Source: Acidobacteriota bacterium (GTDB lineage: Bacteria > Acidobacteriota > UBA6911 > RPQK01 > JAJDTT01). Taken from it: 64,000 bases of DNA. Location: the NCBI GenBank assembly GCA_965209055.1, contig OZ242374.1, positions 1,472,001 through 1,536,000 of the forward strand. Direction: 5' to 3'. The notes under the pieces were generated by a model that did no database searches, was not told the DNA's origin, and was given only the letters and a program-made list of their open reading frames with translations. Shown here piece after piece: positions 7,949 to 17,905 of this stretch (positions are counted from its first letter, which is position 1; every line of letters starts with the position of its first letter). The position numbers and the translations under genes are program-made.

Positions 7949-10900
7949 TTACGAGACCCTCCTCCTTTCTTCCCCTTCCCGGCTGCCCAGGTTGCCGTAG
8001 CGGTGGTAATCGATGCTGATGCTCTGTTCGCGGAGGTACCAGAGCAATTCCACCCGGCCCTGGACCAGGACCGGGGCTCGCGCCAGATAGATTCCGGACG
8101 CGGCCGCCGCCCGGAACACGATTTCCGGCACCCGCTCCGGCATCGCGAAGCGGACCCGGCGGGTTTCGGCGCTGCGGACCCGGTCCGCCAGTTCATGGTC
8201 GGTCTCCCCGATGAATTCGATGGATTCCTCCCACGACCCGGTCAGCTCCCTCAGCCAATCGACGGCCGGAGACGACCATCCCCTGGGCAGGCTCATGGCC
8301 GCGCGGCAGCCGGCGGCCTTGGCCGCACAGGCGCGGGCGAAGATCTCGAACAGGGAATCGAAGGGGTCCACGCGGATGCAGAGCCGGCGGACGGGGAGAT
8401 AACGCCGCAGGTTGTCCTGGCCCACCAGGCGGAAATGGTCATGGGTGCGTCCGAATTCGTCCCGGCTGCTGGCCGAGTAACTTTCCAGCGCCGCCACGAC
8501 CCGGAACAGCTCGTCCCTTCTCGCGGAAACGGCGGCAGGAACCGGTTGTTTCAGGCGCGACCGGAGGGCGGCGAGATGGGGGTCGGCGACCGGGGTGGGA
8601 CCGTCCGGAGGCTCGGTGTCGCTGAAGTTCATGAGTTGGGACACGTAGTTGGGGCCTCCCGCCTTGATCCCGGGACCAAACGCGGACCTGGCCATGCCCC
8701 CGAAGGGTTGACGAAGGACGACAGCCCCGGTGGTTCCGCGGTTGACGTAGAGGTTTCCCGCGTCGACGCGGTCGCACCAGTGCGCCTGCTCGCGATCGTC
8801 GAGGCTCTCCAACCCAGCGGTCAATCCGTAGCCGGTCTGACGGATGAGGTCCAGCGCCTCGTCCAGGTTCTTCACCCGCATCACCCCCAGCAGGGGACCG
8901 AAGAGTTCGGTCAGGTGGGTGAAGCTTCCCGGTCGGACGTCCCATTTGACCCCCGGCGAGTAGAGGCAGGGATTGTCATCGATCCGCCTGGGCATGACCG
9001 CCCATGACTCGCCGGGTTCCAGTTCCTTGAGGCCCCTTTCCAGGGCGCCGGAGGGGGGACGAATCAAGGGGCCGATGCGATTCCCCAGATCCCAGGCCGA
9101 CCCGACCTCCAGGCTCCGCACCGCGTCGCAGAGTGTCTCCTTGAATTTGGGGTCCCGGCAGGTCTCCTCCTCGACGAGGAGCAGGGACGTGGCGGAGCAT
9201 TTCTGTCCGCTGTGGCTGAAGGCGGAGTGAATCACGTGGCTGATGGCCAGTTCCCGATCTCCCAGGGCAGTCAGGGTGGCCGCGTTCTTGCCCCCGGTTT
9301 CCGCCAGGAGATTCATGTCCGGTTTGAGCCGGAGCATCTGCAGGGCGGTTTCCGTGCCGCCGGTCAGCATGACGGCGTCCACCTCCGGGTGAGAGACCAA
9401 TCGGGACCCGCCTGTCGCGACGGAGCACGGCGCCATCTGCAGAGTCCGCCGCGAGACCCCGGCCCTCCAGAAGCACCGGCACAGCTCATGGGCCACCAGC
9501 ACGGTGTCGGGGGAGGGTTTGAGGATGACGGTGTTCCCCGCGGCCAGTGCGGCGGCGATACCGCCTCCCGGAATGGCGATGGGGAAGTTCCAGGGGGAGA
9601 CGACCACCACGACGCCCTTCGGTTCGGCCCTCAAACCGGGGAGATCCTGAAAGTAGCGGGCGGCCAGGTCGTAGAAAACGACGAAGTCCACGACCTCGGA
9701 AACCTCCGGGTCCGACTCGGGCAGGGTCTTCCCGCCGTCCGCCAGGGCGGCGCCCATGAGGTCTCCCCGGCCGCGACGCAGTTCGCGGGCCACAGCCGCC
9801 AACATTTGGGAACGTTCTTCCGCCGGCTTCCGCCTCCAGCCGTCCGGATCGTTTCGAGCGCAGGCCACGGCCCGCTCCACGTCCTCCTCGTTGGCCTGCC
9901 GGTAGCGGCCCACGATCAGGCCCGGCCGGGATGGATCGAGGCAGTCTTGCAGCTCCCGATCCCGGAAGATCTCTCTCCCGTCCACCACCAGGGGAACCTC
10001 CACCCTGTGTTCGCCGTGCCGGGGTTTCCAGCGCTCGATGATGCCTTGGGCCCACTCGCGGTTGGCCGGCAATGAGAAGTCGGTGTCTGGCTCGTTGACG
10101 AATCGGCTCCACGAACCCGGGCGTGTCGACACGCCGGTCTCGGCCATGCGGTTCTGGACACGCCGGGGTTTTTCCGAAACGGACTCGCGGCGCCGGGAGG
10201 ATTCTAGGAACCCCTCTTCCAGCCGTTTCCACTCCGGGCTGTCCGGGACCAGCCGGAAGGCGTGCCGGAGGAAATTGTCGGGTCCCGTGTTCTCGTCCAA
10301 CCGGCGAAACAGGTATCCGATGGCGTTGATGAAGTCCTCCTTCCGGGTCGCCGGCGCATAGAGGAGGACGTTTTGCGTCAGCTCGAACAGGGCGCGGCGC
10401 TGGGCGTTGGCCATCCCTTCCAGCATCTCGAACTGCACCCGGTCCAGGGCGCCGGCTTCCGCTGCCAAAAGCAGAGCGTACGAGACGTCGAAGAGATTGT
10501 GCGAGGCCACCCCCAGGCGCACGGCGGCGATGTTCTCCGGCGTCAGGGCTTCGTGCAGCATGCGCTTGAAGTTGGCGTCGGTTTCCAGCTTCGACCTGAA
10601 AGGAGCCTGCTTCCAACCCCGCAGCGAAGCCTCCACCCGTTCCATCTCCAGGTTGGCGCCCTTCACCAGCCGGATGGTCACAGGCGCTCCTCCCCGTTTC
10701 ACGCGTTCTCTGGCCCAGGCGTTGATTCTCTTCTGGGCCAGGTAGGAGTCGGGGAGGTAGGCCTGAAGAGCGATCCCCGCGCCGGCGTGCTCGAGACCCT
10801 TGCGGTCCAGAGTGCGGAGAAAGACCTCGGTGGTCACCGCCAGGTCGCGGTATTCCTCCATGTCGAGGTACACGAACTTGGGCGCCTCGGTGCCGTCCCG

Positions 10901-11602
10901 GCGGCGAAAGCGCTCCCTGGCCGCCGCGCGATACAGCAGCTCCATTCGATCGCAGAGCACCGAGACGGTCTGCTCGAAGGCCAGCGACGAGATTTGCGAG
11001 TAGATGGTGGAGATCTTGACCGAAATGACCTCCAGCTCCGGGAGCTGAAGAGCGCGGAGATACGACTCCAGACGCCTCTGGGCCTCGGCTTCTCCCAGCA
11101 GGGCCTCGCCCAGGAAGTTGACGTTCATCCGCACGCCGCCCTGCCGCCGCGCCTCCAGGTGCCGGACCAGCAGAGCCTCCTCGGCGGGGAGAACGACATT
11201 GGCGGTCTCTTCCCGCATCCTTTCCTTCACCAGGGGAGCCGCCACCCCGGGAAGGTAGGAGCCGAAGGAGCGAAAGCCCCTGAGCAGGGTCCGGTCCAGC
11301 CCGCTGAAGAAACGAGGGATTCCCTGCACGTCCAGGATGTGCAGGATCTGGTCGACGGCGCGATGCGGGCTGTGGGAGCGGAAGGCCTGGTCGGTGAGTT
11401 GGGTGAGCGTCGCCTTGTCGTGGGGACTCTGCACCATCCGCTCCAGCTCGGCCTGCTGCCTCGCTTCCACGGGGGTTTGAAGCGCCGCCGCCGTTTCCTG
11501 AAGCTGCCGTGCCAGGAAGACGGCTTTTTGCGCCCGCTCCGTGGAGGGTGACCCGGAGTCCCGGCCAAGCGATCCGAGAAGTGCGTCCAAGGCCTTCTTC
11601 AA
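7949..11602 (-). CDS. putA: Bifunctional proline dehydrogenase / P5C dehydrogenase
   Basis: NVNFLGEA, LDMEEY, IRLVKGAN, ASHNLFD, YLFRRLDEN; ALDH motifs SPWNFPIAI, AETGGKN, SGQKCSA, QPFGG; TTG start. Confidence 0.95.
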   Translation of the reverse strand: MKKALDALLGSLGRDSGSPSTERAQKAVFLARQLQETAAALQTPVEARQQAELERMVQSPHDKATLTQLTDQAFRSHSPHRAVDQILHILDVQGIPRFFSGLDRTLLRGFRSFGSYLPGVAAPLVKERMREETANVVLPAEEALLVRHLEARRQGGVRMNVNFLGEALLGEAEAQRRLESYLRALQLPELEVISVKISTIYSQISSLAFEQTVSVLCDRMELLYRAAARERFRRRDGTEAPKFVYLDMEEYRDLAVTTEVFLRTLDRKGLEHAGAGIALQAYLPDSYLAQKRINAWARERVKRGGAPVTIRLVKGANLEMERVEASLRGWKQAPFRSKLETDANFKRMLHEALTPENIAAVRLGVASHNLFDVSYALLLAAEAGALDRVQFEMLEGMANAQRRALFELTQNVLLYAPATRKEDFINAIGYLFRRLDENTGPDNFLRHAFRLVPDSPEWKRLEEGFLESSRRRESVSEKPRRVQNRMAETGVSTRPGSWSRFVNEPDTDFSLPANREWAQGIIERWKPRHGEHRVEVPLVVDGREIFRDRELQDCLDPSRPGLIVGRYRQANEEDVERAVACARNDPDGWRRKPAEERSQMLAAVARELRRGRGDLMGAALADGGKTLPESDPEVSEVVDFVVFYDLAARYFQDLPGLRAEPKGVVVVVSPWNFPIAIPGGGIAAALAAGNTVILKPSPDTVLVAHELCRCFWRAGVSRRTLQMAPCSVATGGSRLVSHPEVDAVMLTGGTETALQMLRLKPDMNLLAETGGKNAATLTALGDRELAISHVIHSAFSHSGQKCSATSLLLVEEETCRDPKFKETLCDAVRSLEVGSAWDLGNRIGPLIRPPSGALERGLKELEPGESWAVMPRRIDDNPCLYSPGVKWDVRPGSFTHLTELFGPLLGVMRVKNLDEALDLIRQTGYGLTAGLESLDDREQAHWCDRVDAGNLYVNRGTTGAVVLRQPFGGMARSAFGPGIKAGGPNYVSQLMNFSDTEPPDGPTPVADPHLAALRSRLKQPVPAAVSARRDELFRVVAALESYSASSRDEFGRTHDHFRLVGQDNLRRYLPVRRLCIRVDPFDSLFEIFARACAAKAAGCRAAMSLPRGWSSPAVDWLRELTGSWEESIEFIGETDHELADRVRSAETRRVRFAMPERVPEIVFRAAAASGIYLARAPVLVQGRVELLWYLREQSISIDYHRYGNLGSREGEERRRVS

Positions 11603-11713
11603 TTTGACCCGCCGGTATGAAATCCAAAGGCCCCGAGACGGTCCGGATCCGGCTTTGCCCGAGAGCCGGAGGAGGACGCGAAACAGGCGTTGCCCCGCGG
11701 ACGACCCGACCGG

Positions 11714-13351
11714 TTAAGCGACTTTTTCCCGGGCTTCCAAGACCTTCGCGACCACGACTTCGACGTCCGATTCATCGACAAACGGCGACTGGATATACGA
11801 TTTCAAGGCAAAGATGGGCTCCTGGTAGCGGGTCCGGCGATAGCACTCGGTCGAAGAAACGACGACGCCGCGGCCCGCCATGGCCTCGGAGTGCACGTAC
11901 CGGAATATGTTTCGATTGTATTCGTTGTGGGCCAGCAGGGTTTCCCGATAGCCAGGGTCGTCGAATTCCTGCCGTTTGATGGCAAAGGTGTCGACGCCGG
12001 GTGGGTAGGCGCGGAACAGGGTCACGGTGCCGAAGTTGTCCCGGTTGAGGACGGTCGTGCCTTCGTGCCCTTCCAGGTGTTCCCTCAGCAGTTGAGCCAT
12101 CTCGACGATATGCCCGATGACGACCTGCAGACCCTGCTCGCCGAACAGGCGAAAATTGGCGAGGGCCGCGAGAGGACCCGTCCCCGCCCTGGAGGTTTCG
12201 AGGGTGTACATGCCGGGCCGATGATCGCCGAAGTGATAGAGATAGGGCATCTGTTCGGCCGAGCGCGTCACCAGCCGCAAGTCCTCCGAGTTTTTGACCA
12301 GCACGAGGCTGGAGATGTAAGGCGCGAAACCGGTCTTGTGAAAGTCCACGCCGACGGAGTCGGCTTCCGGCAAATGGCGGATTCGGCGGCACGCACCTGC
12401 CAGGGCGCGAATTGTGCGTCGCCGGAACCCCAGGGGGTTGCTCTTGAAATCGTACTGGTTGAACATCGACCAGGCCCAGCCGATGACGGCGTCGGCGTGA
12501 ACGTGCGGCCGATAGGCGAGTTGATATTCGTCGGCCAGGGCGTCCCGCAGTTTCACGATCCCCCGCAGGTCGTCCAACCCGAAGGCATCGGTGGTTCCCA
12601 AGGTCGCGATGATGGCGGCGATCTTCTTCCCGCTCGACAGCGCCGCCCGAGCGGCTCGTTCGAGCTGGACAAGATCGATTTCGTTTTCGTCGGTAGCCGG
12701 AATCGCGATCAAATTGTCGGTCCCGATTCCGAGCCACCCTGCAATGTTCATGGCGCAGTAGTGTCCGGCCTCCGAGACGAAGACGACGGCGTCTTCCGGC
12801 ACGCCTTTGCGCATGGTCTGAGGGCAGGCTTTTTCCAGACCGAGCTTCACCCCGTAGAGGGTTGTTCCGGTGCCGCCGAAGGTGAACACGCCGCCGGCCA
12901 GCGCCGGGTCGTAGCCGACCAGGCGGGCAGTGATGGCCGTGGCCTCGACTTCGGCCAGCGCCACCAGGCGGCTGTATTCGTCCCAGGAGACGTTAGGGTT
13001 GTGCAGCGCGGAGAGCAGGACGCCGATCAGGCTCGGTATCGTCGGTGGCGGCACGACGTTCTGCTGGGTGCGGGGATGGCCAAAGATGGTCATGCCTCGC
13101 AGATAGCCGACGAGATCGGATGTGACCGCCTCGACCGAGGCCGTTCGGGGGCGCAATCTGGCCTGCCGCGCCGCCTCGAAATCGCCGGGGACAACGGATC
13201 CGAGAATCGGCAACCGTGTTTTCAGCGCGTCGACCTGATCCAGGGCGCGCATGATGGAGTGCACGAAGTAAGAGTCGTGGATCGGATCGGATACGGGTTG
13301 GGGAAATGCGAGCCGGACTTCTTTCAGAATTTCGCGATACGGGCTGCTCAT
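11714..13351 (-). CDS. Group II PLP-dependent decarboxylase (GAD/DABA-decarboxylase-like; substrate unknown)
   Basis: GVFTFGGTGTTLYG, GHYC, TLGTTDAFGLDD, HADAVIG, PLP-lysine motif DSVGVDFHKTGFAPY. Confidence 0.88.
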   Translation of the reverse strand: MSSPYREILKEVRLAFPQPVSDPIHDSYFVHSIMRALDQVDALKTRLPILGSVVPGDFEAARQARLRPRTASVEAVTSDLVGYLRGMTIFGHPRTQQNVVPPPTIPSLIGVLLSALHNPNVSWDEYSRLVALAEVEATAITARLVGYDPALAGGVFTFGGTGTTLYGVKLGLEKACPQTMRKGVPEDAVVFVSEAGHYCAMNIAGWLGIGTDNLIAIPATDENEIDLVQLERAARAALSSGKKIAAIIATLGTTDAFGLDDLRGIVKLRDALADEYQLAYRPHVHADAVIGWAWSMFNQYDFKSNPLGFRRRTIRALAGACRRIRHLPEADSVGVDFHKTGFAPYISSLVLVKNSEDLRLVTRSAEQMPYLYHFGDHRPGMYTLETSRAGTGPLAALANFRLFGEQGLQVVIGHIVEMAQLLREHLEGHEGTTVLNRDNFGTVTLFRAYPPGVDTFAIKRQEFDDPGYRETLLAHNEYNRNIFRYVHSEAMAGRGVVVSSTECYRRTRYQEPIFALKSYIQSPFVDESDVEVVVAKVLEAREKVA

Positions 13352-13444
13352 GGCCGTTTCAGTTCCCGATCAGTCCTCGGTTGCCCCCTTTCGCCGCCGC
13401 CCGGCGCGGCAGGCGCGCACCCGCCGGCAGAAACCGGACCCGGG

Positions 13445-13960
13445 CTATCTGCGGCGCTTCAGTTCGAACACCTTCGGGGATTCCCCGGTGATCTGCCCGT
13501 CCTTCATGCTGTACCAGCGCGTCGTGAGGCGGTCCTTCCCGCTCACGATGTATTCGGCGTGGTGCATGTAATGGTCCGTGCGCGAAGAAAGATTGGTAAT
13601 GCTGTCGAATCGCAACTCCAGGCGGTTTTCGTCGTCGGTGGCCCTCACTTCCAACCGCGGCTGGTTTCCCGCCGCACAGTAATGAGTCATCAGGACCCGT
13701 TCCCCGTCCGCGTGGTACATGTTGACCATTTCATGTCCGTCGGGACTGTCGGGAAACATCCGCTCCATCACTGCCGACCCGGCGGAAGTGAGCCGGAAGC
13801 TGGCGCCGACGACGCCGGTCTCACCCCCGTTGTCATCCAGCAGGATCCACTCGCCCTCCAGGGCAGTCAGCTTCGACATCACGTCATCCCCGGCCACCGC
13901 GGCCCCGGGCAGGCCAAGCGCCAACAGTGCCGCGCAGGCAATCCATCTTCTTCGTGCCAT
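13445..13960 (-). CDS. Secreted hypothetical protein (THYC motif)
   Basis: Signal peptide MARRRWIACAALLALGLPGAAVA; LMTHYCAAGNQPRL; GGAGG RBS upstream of ATG 13960. Confidence 0.75.
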   Translation of the reverse strand: MARRRWIACAALLALGLPGAAVAGDDVMSKLTALEGEWILLDDNGGETGVVGASFRLTSAGSAVMERMFPDSPDGHEMVNMYHADGERVLMTHYCAAGNQPRLEVRATDDENRLELRFDSITNLSSRTDHYMHHAEYIVSGKDRLTTRWYSMKDGQITGESPKVFELKRRR

Positions 13961-14000
13961 GAAAGGTCCTCCCTGGGGCCGGTTCAGAGCCCCGGATTCG

Positions 14001-14279
14001 TCAGTCCAGATCCCAGAGGCGCTTCGGATCCTCCAGCTCGTCCTTGGATCGCAGGGCTTCCTGAAACTTGTCCTCCAGGCTGGCGTGCCGGCGCTTCTCG
14101 TTGTCCATTGCCTGGCTGAAGATCTGGTCCGCCTTTGATTTTCGTTCTTCGATCTTTTCCAAGGCCGACTCGAAAGAGTAGTCCGGTTTCCTGCTCTCAC
14201 TTCGAATCACGAGGCCCGTCTTGGAGTCGACGAGGAGCCGGCACCCGCAATCGGGACATTCCACCTTGAGTCTGGGCAT
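14001..14279 (-). CDS. Small hypothetical protein with CxxC knuckle and coiled-coil tail
   Basis: VECPDCGCRLLVD, helical charged C-terminus, AAAGGA RBS. Confidence 0.75.
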   Translation of the reverse strand: MPRLKVECPDCGCRLLVDSKTGLVIRSESRKPDYSFESALEKIEERKSKADQIFSQAMDNEKRRHASLEDKFQEALRSKDELEDPKRLWDLD

Positions 14280-14333
14280 GATCCTTTCATTCTAATATGA
14301 ATCCCGCAGGACTGTTCCCACGGGCGCCGGAGG

Positions 14334-14933
14334 TCAGCAGGAAGGGTTGGAGAGGGCGTCGATCCGGCGCCGGACACCGGGGTCGGCCAGGAGTTCGGAG
14401 GCGCGGAACAGCGAAAAATAGTGGTAGGTAGCCAGATTCCCGGCGGCGCCCTCCTCCCGGTCGACGATGGAGATGACGGCGGCCACGCGGTAGCCTTCGG
14501 CCTCGGCCTGGACGATGGCCTTTTGGGCCGACCCTCCCGTCGTGCAGACGTCGTCGACCACCACCACCGGAGACCCTTCCGGTCCCTGGTAGCCTTCCAG
14601 GTAGCGCCGGGTCCCGTGGCTCTTGGGTCGCTTGCGGACGATGAACGCGTCAATCGGGTCGAACCTGGACCGGTGGACGAAACTCACTGCCGCCACCGCG
14701 GCGACGATGGGATCGGCGCCCAGGCTCAGACCGCCGATGGCGGCCGCCGAGACCTGCCGCCGCCGAAGCTCCTCCAGGATCAGCAGCGCGCAGAGATAGG
14801 CTCCCTCGGCCTTCAGGGTGGCCTGCTTCAGGTCCAGGTAGTAGTGGCTCCGGCGGCCCGACGCGAGCCGGAAACGGCCCACCTTCAGGCAACGCCTCAA
14901 CAGGATCTGCTTCAGGCGCTCACGGCTGTCCAT
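14334..14933 (-). CDS. pyrE: Orotate phosphoribosyltransferase
   Basis: FRLASGRRSHYYLDLK, GGLSLGADPI, VRKRPKSHGT, VVVVDDVCTTGGS. Confidence 0.96.
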   Translation of the reverse strand: MDSRERLKQILLRRCLKVGRFRLASGRRSHYYLDLKQATLKAEGAYLCALLILEELRRRQVSAAAIGGLSLGADPIVAAVAAVSFVHRSRFDPIDAFIVRKRPKSHGTRRYLEGYQGPEGSPVVVVDDVCTTGGSAQKAIVQAEAEGYRVAAVISIVDREEGAAGNLATYHYFSLFRASELLADPGVRRRIDALSNPSC

Positions 14934-14970
14934 GGGGAGGCGAGTATACATCTGGTACTATGACGCGCTC

Positions 14971-16290
14971 ATGGTCAAACCGGGCAAGTGGCTGTCGCGA
15001 ATCGGCCCGGGCGCCATCGTGGCGTCCGCCACCGTGGGAGCCGGCGAGACGGTTCTGGCCGTCCGCGCCGGCGCCTGGGGCGGTTACGACCTCCTCTGGC
15101 TGATCCTTCTGGCCATCCTGGCCAAGTCGTTCCTGACTCTGTATCTCCTGGGCCACTATACGGTCGCCACCGGCCGCACCGTGGCTGAAAAGCTGGTGGA
15201 GCTGCCCGGTCCCCGGGGATGGTTTCTCTGGACCGTCCTGGTGTTGGAGTCCCTGGTGGCGCCCTTCGTCTTCGTGGTGATCGCGGTCCCGTGCGGGCGC
15301 TTGATGAGCCAGGTGCTTGCCGGTGGAGGAGTGAACGTCTCCTACAAGTGGTTGGCTCTGGCCTTTCTGAGCCTGGCCGTCCTGGTGGGCCTGGTCCAAC
15401 GGTACGACACTCTGGAGAAATCGCAGGGTGTGGTCTGCCTGGTGCTTCTGGCGGGAACCGTGACCGCCACCGTCCTGGCCCGCCCCGACTTCGCCGGGAT
15501 TCTCAAGGGAATGTTCAGCTTGGGTACGGTCCCTCCCTATCCGGACTGGATTCCCGCTGAAATCAAGGGAAGAAGCCGGCTCCTGGAGGTGGCCGCGGTC
15601 TTCGGATACGCCGGCAGCATCGCCATGAACTACGTGGTCTACTCGAACTGGATCGTGATGAAAGGCTGGAGGCTGAAGGAAGCCTCGGGACGTGCCGCAA
15701 GAAAGCGCGCGCTGGGGCCCCTGAAGTTCGATGTGGGGGCCAACGCGGTCGTCGTGTTTCTGGTGACGGTGGCTTTCATGGTGGCCGGCGCAGCCATTCT
15801 GAATCCCATGCAAAGGATCCCGCAGGGATACGATCTGCTGACGGAGCAGGCCCATATCTTCGCCGAAATCTCATCCTTCATGATTCCGCTCTATTACGTC
15901 ACGATTCTCGCCGCGCTCTGGGGGACGTTGAACGCGTTGCCCGATATCTACGGCAGGGGCGCTCACAGTTTTCTTCGTCAGCTCGTGCCCGCGGGCCGGA
16001 ATTGGTCGCTCGCCAGGGTGAGAAACATTTACGGGATCTCCATCCTGTTTCTTTCCGGATTCTTTATCTGGAGCGGGACGACCCCCATCATCATGGTGGA
16101 CATGGTGGCGCTCTTCAGCACCAACGTGGGCGTGGGCCTCGTTTGCATCGCCGCCATCTGGTTGAATCGGCAACTTCCTGCCGCCAAACGGGTCTCTCCC
16201 TGGCTCTCGGGAGCCGCCGTGGCCGGAGCGGCCGTCACCAACGTCATGGCGCTGATTTCCGCACGGGAAGTGTTGTTGCGGTACTTTTGA
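14971..16290 (+). CDS. Nramp-like divalent metal/solute transporter
   Basis: IGPGAIVASATVGAGE..AGAWGGYDLLW start and about 11 hydrophobic segments. Confidence 0.8.
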   Translation: MVKPGKWLSRIGPGAIVASATVGAGETVLAVRAGAWGGYDLLWLILLAILAKSFLTLYLLGHYTVATGRTVAEKLVELPGPRGWFLWTVLVLESLVAPFVFVVIAVPCGRLMSQVLAGGGVNVSYKWLALAFLSLAVLVGLVQRYDTLEKSQGVVCLVLLAGTVTATVLARPDFAGILKGMFSLGTVPPYPDWIPAEIKGRSRLLEVAAVFGYAGSIAMNYVVYSNWIVMKGWRLKEASGRAARKRALGPLKFDVGANAVVVFLVTVAFMVAGAAILNPMQRIPQGYDLLTEQAHIFAEISSFMIPLYYVTILAALWGTLNALPDIYGRGAHSFLRQLVPAGRNWSLARVRNIYGISILFLSGFFIWSGTTPIIMVDMVALFSTNVGVGLVCIAAIWLNRQLPAAKRVSPWLSGAAVAGAAVTNVMALISAREVLLRYF

Positions 16291-16353
16291 CGCGAATACC
16301 CGGTTCGGCTCCGTCGTTCAAAAAAAGCCGGACCTGCATGTGGGAGGGAGTCC

Positions 16354-17889
16354 ATGCCTGCCGACAAGCGATTCAATCCTGACGAACTGAAGCAGTTGCT
16401 CCAGAACAAATACGGGACCGGAGTGCGGGTCGAAGTGTTCCCCAAGGCGGAACGGGAGGGGACGGGAGAAGAGCCGGCCCAGGAGCCGGCGGATCATCGC
16501 GATCTCACGTTCGACTACCGTCCGAGCCAGATCAAGGAGTACCTGGACCGTTTCGTCATTCAGCAGGACGAAGCCAAGAAGGTGCTGTCAACCGCGATCT
16601 GCGACCACTACCACCACATCCAGAACTGCAGCGACCCGGACGAGTGGCGGGAGTACAAGAAGCAGAACATCATCATCATCGGTCCCACGGGGGTGGGAAA
16701 GACCTATCTGATCCAGAACATCGCCCGGTTGATCGGAGTTCCGTTCTGCAAGGCCGACGCCACGAGGTACAGCGAAACCGGATACGTGGGAGGCGACGTG
16801 GAGGATCTGGTCCGGGAACTGGTCCAGCAGGCGAACGACGACGTCCGCCTGGCGGAGTATGGAATCGTCTACCTCGACGAGATCGACAAAATCGCCGGAC
16901 CCACGGGCGTCATCGGGCGGGACGTGAGCGGCCACGGCGTGCAAAGAGGGCTTTTGAAGCTCATGGAGGAGACGGAGGTCCCGTTGCGGTCCCCCACGGA
17001 CATCGCCAGCCAGATGCAGTCCCTGATGGAGATTCAATCCGGCCGCAAGCCGGAAAAGAAGACGATCAACACCAAGCACATCCTCTTCATCGTCAGCGGC
17101 GCCTTCAACGGACTGACCGAGATCGTCGGGAAACGTCTGGGCTCAAGAAAGATCGGCTTCATGGGCGGAGAGCAGGAGGCAGACCGGAAAGAGGAGCTGT
17201 TGCTGCAGCAGGTCCGTTCCACGGACTTCGTGGAATATGGTTTCGAATCGGAGTTTATCGGGCGCCTTCCGGTCGTGACCCACTGCCGCCGCCTCAGCGT
17301 CGACGACCTTTTTCAGATCCTGAAGAGGTCGGAGGGGTCCCTCCTCAAGCAGTACAAGAAGGACTTTCTGGCGTACGGCATCGACATCTATTTCAAGGAT
17401 GGGGCGATGCGCGCGCTGGCCGCGCTGGCGGAGCAGGAAGAGACGGGCGCGCGCGGACTGATGACCGTGTGCGAGAGGGTCTTCCGCGACTTCAAGTACC
17501 AACTTCCGGATCATGAAATAACGGAATTGGTAGCGGACCGCAAACTGGTCGAGGATCCGAAAGCGTCGCTCAAGGAGCTCCTGGCCACGCCGGACCTGCA
17601 TCACGAGGCCATCCTGCAGTTTCAACTCAAACGATTCGAGGCGGAGTTCTACAAGCGATACGGAGTGGAGATCAGCTTTACGCCGGAAGCCGTTGCACTC
17701 ATCTCCGAGCGGGTGAGAGGCCCGAATGCCGACGTTCTGCAGTACTGCAGGGACCTGTTTCGGGAGTACGAGCACGGAATGAAACTGCTGGCGCGCGGAC
17801 AGGCCTCCAAGCCGTTGTCCGTGGGTCCGCAGGTCATCGAGGATCCCGCAGGTTCGCTGGAGAAATGGATCCGCGAGACCTACAAGTGA
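16354..17889 (+). CDS. ClpX-like AAA+ unfoldase lacking the N-terminal zinc-binding domain
   Basis: GPTGVGKT, ETGYVGGDVE, IVYLDEID, RDVSGHGVQRGLLKLME, KIGF loop, EFIGRLP, TGARGL. Confidence 0.88.
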   Translation: MPADKRFNPDELKQLLQNKYGTGVRVEVFPKAEREGTGEEPAQEPADHRDLTFDYRPSQIKEYLDRFVIQQDEAKKVLSTAICDHYHHIQNCSDPDEWREYKKQNIIIIGPTGVGKTYLIQNIARLIGVPFCKADATRYSETGYVGGDVEDLVRELVQQANDDVRLAEYGIVYLDEIDKIAGPTGVIGRDVSGHGVQRGLLKLMEETEVPLRSPTDIASQMQSLMEIQSGRKPEKKTINTKHILFIVSGAFNGLTEIVGKRLGSRKIGFMGGEQEADRKEELLLQQVRSTDFVEYGFESEFIGRLPVVTHCRRLSVDDLFQILKRSEGSLLKQYKKDFLAYGIDIYFKDGAMRALAALAEQEETGARGLMTVCERVFRDFKYQLPDHEITELVADRKLVEDPKASLKELLATPDLHHEAILQFQLKRFEAEFYKRYGVEISFTPEAVALISERVRGPNADVLQYCRDLFREYEHGMKLLARGQASKPLSVGPQVIEDPAGSLEKWIRETYK

Positions 17890-17905
17890 AGACGCGGCGC
17901 GGATC

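Noticed and set aside
6411-14000. Integrative island at tRNA-Ser
   Set aside because: No integrase and no duplicated tRNA 3' end (attR) found by eye in the window
9486-14119. Long alternative-frame ORFs 9486-11627 and 11690-14119 (likewise 27791-29683, 41703-43766, 57407-59557)
   Set aside because: They overlap well-supported genes, have no motifs and show the stop-codon scarcity expected in high-GC DNA
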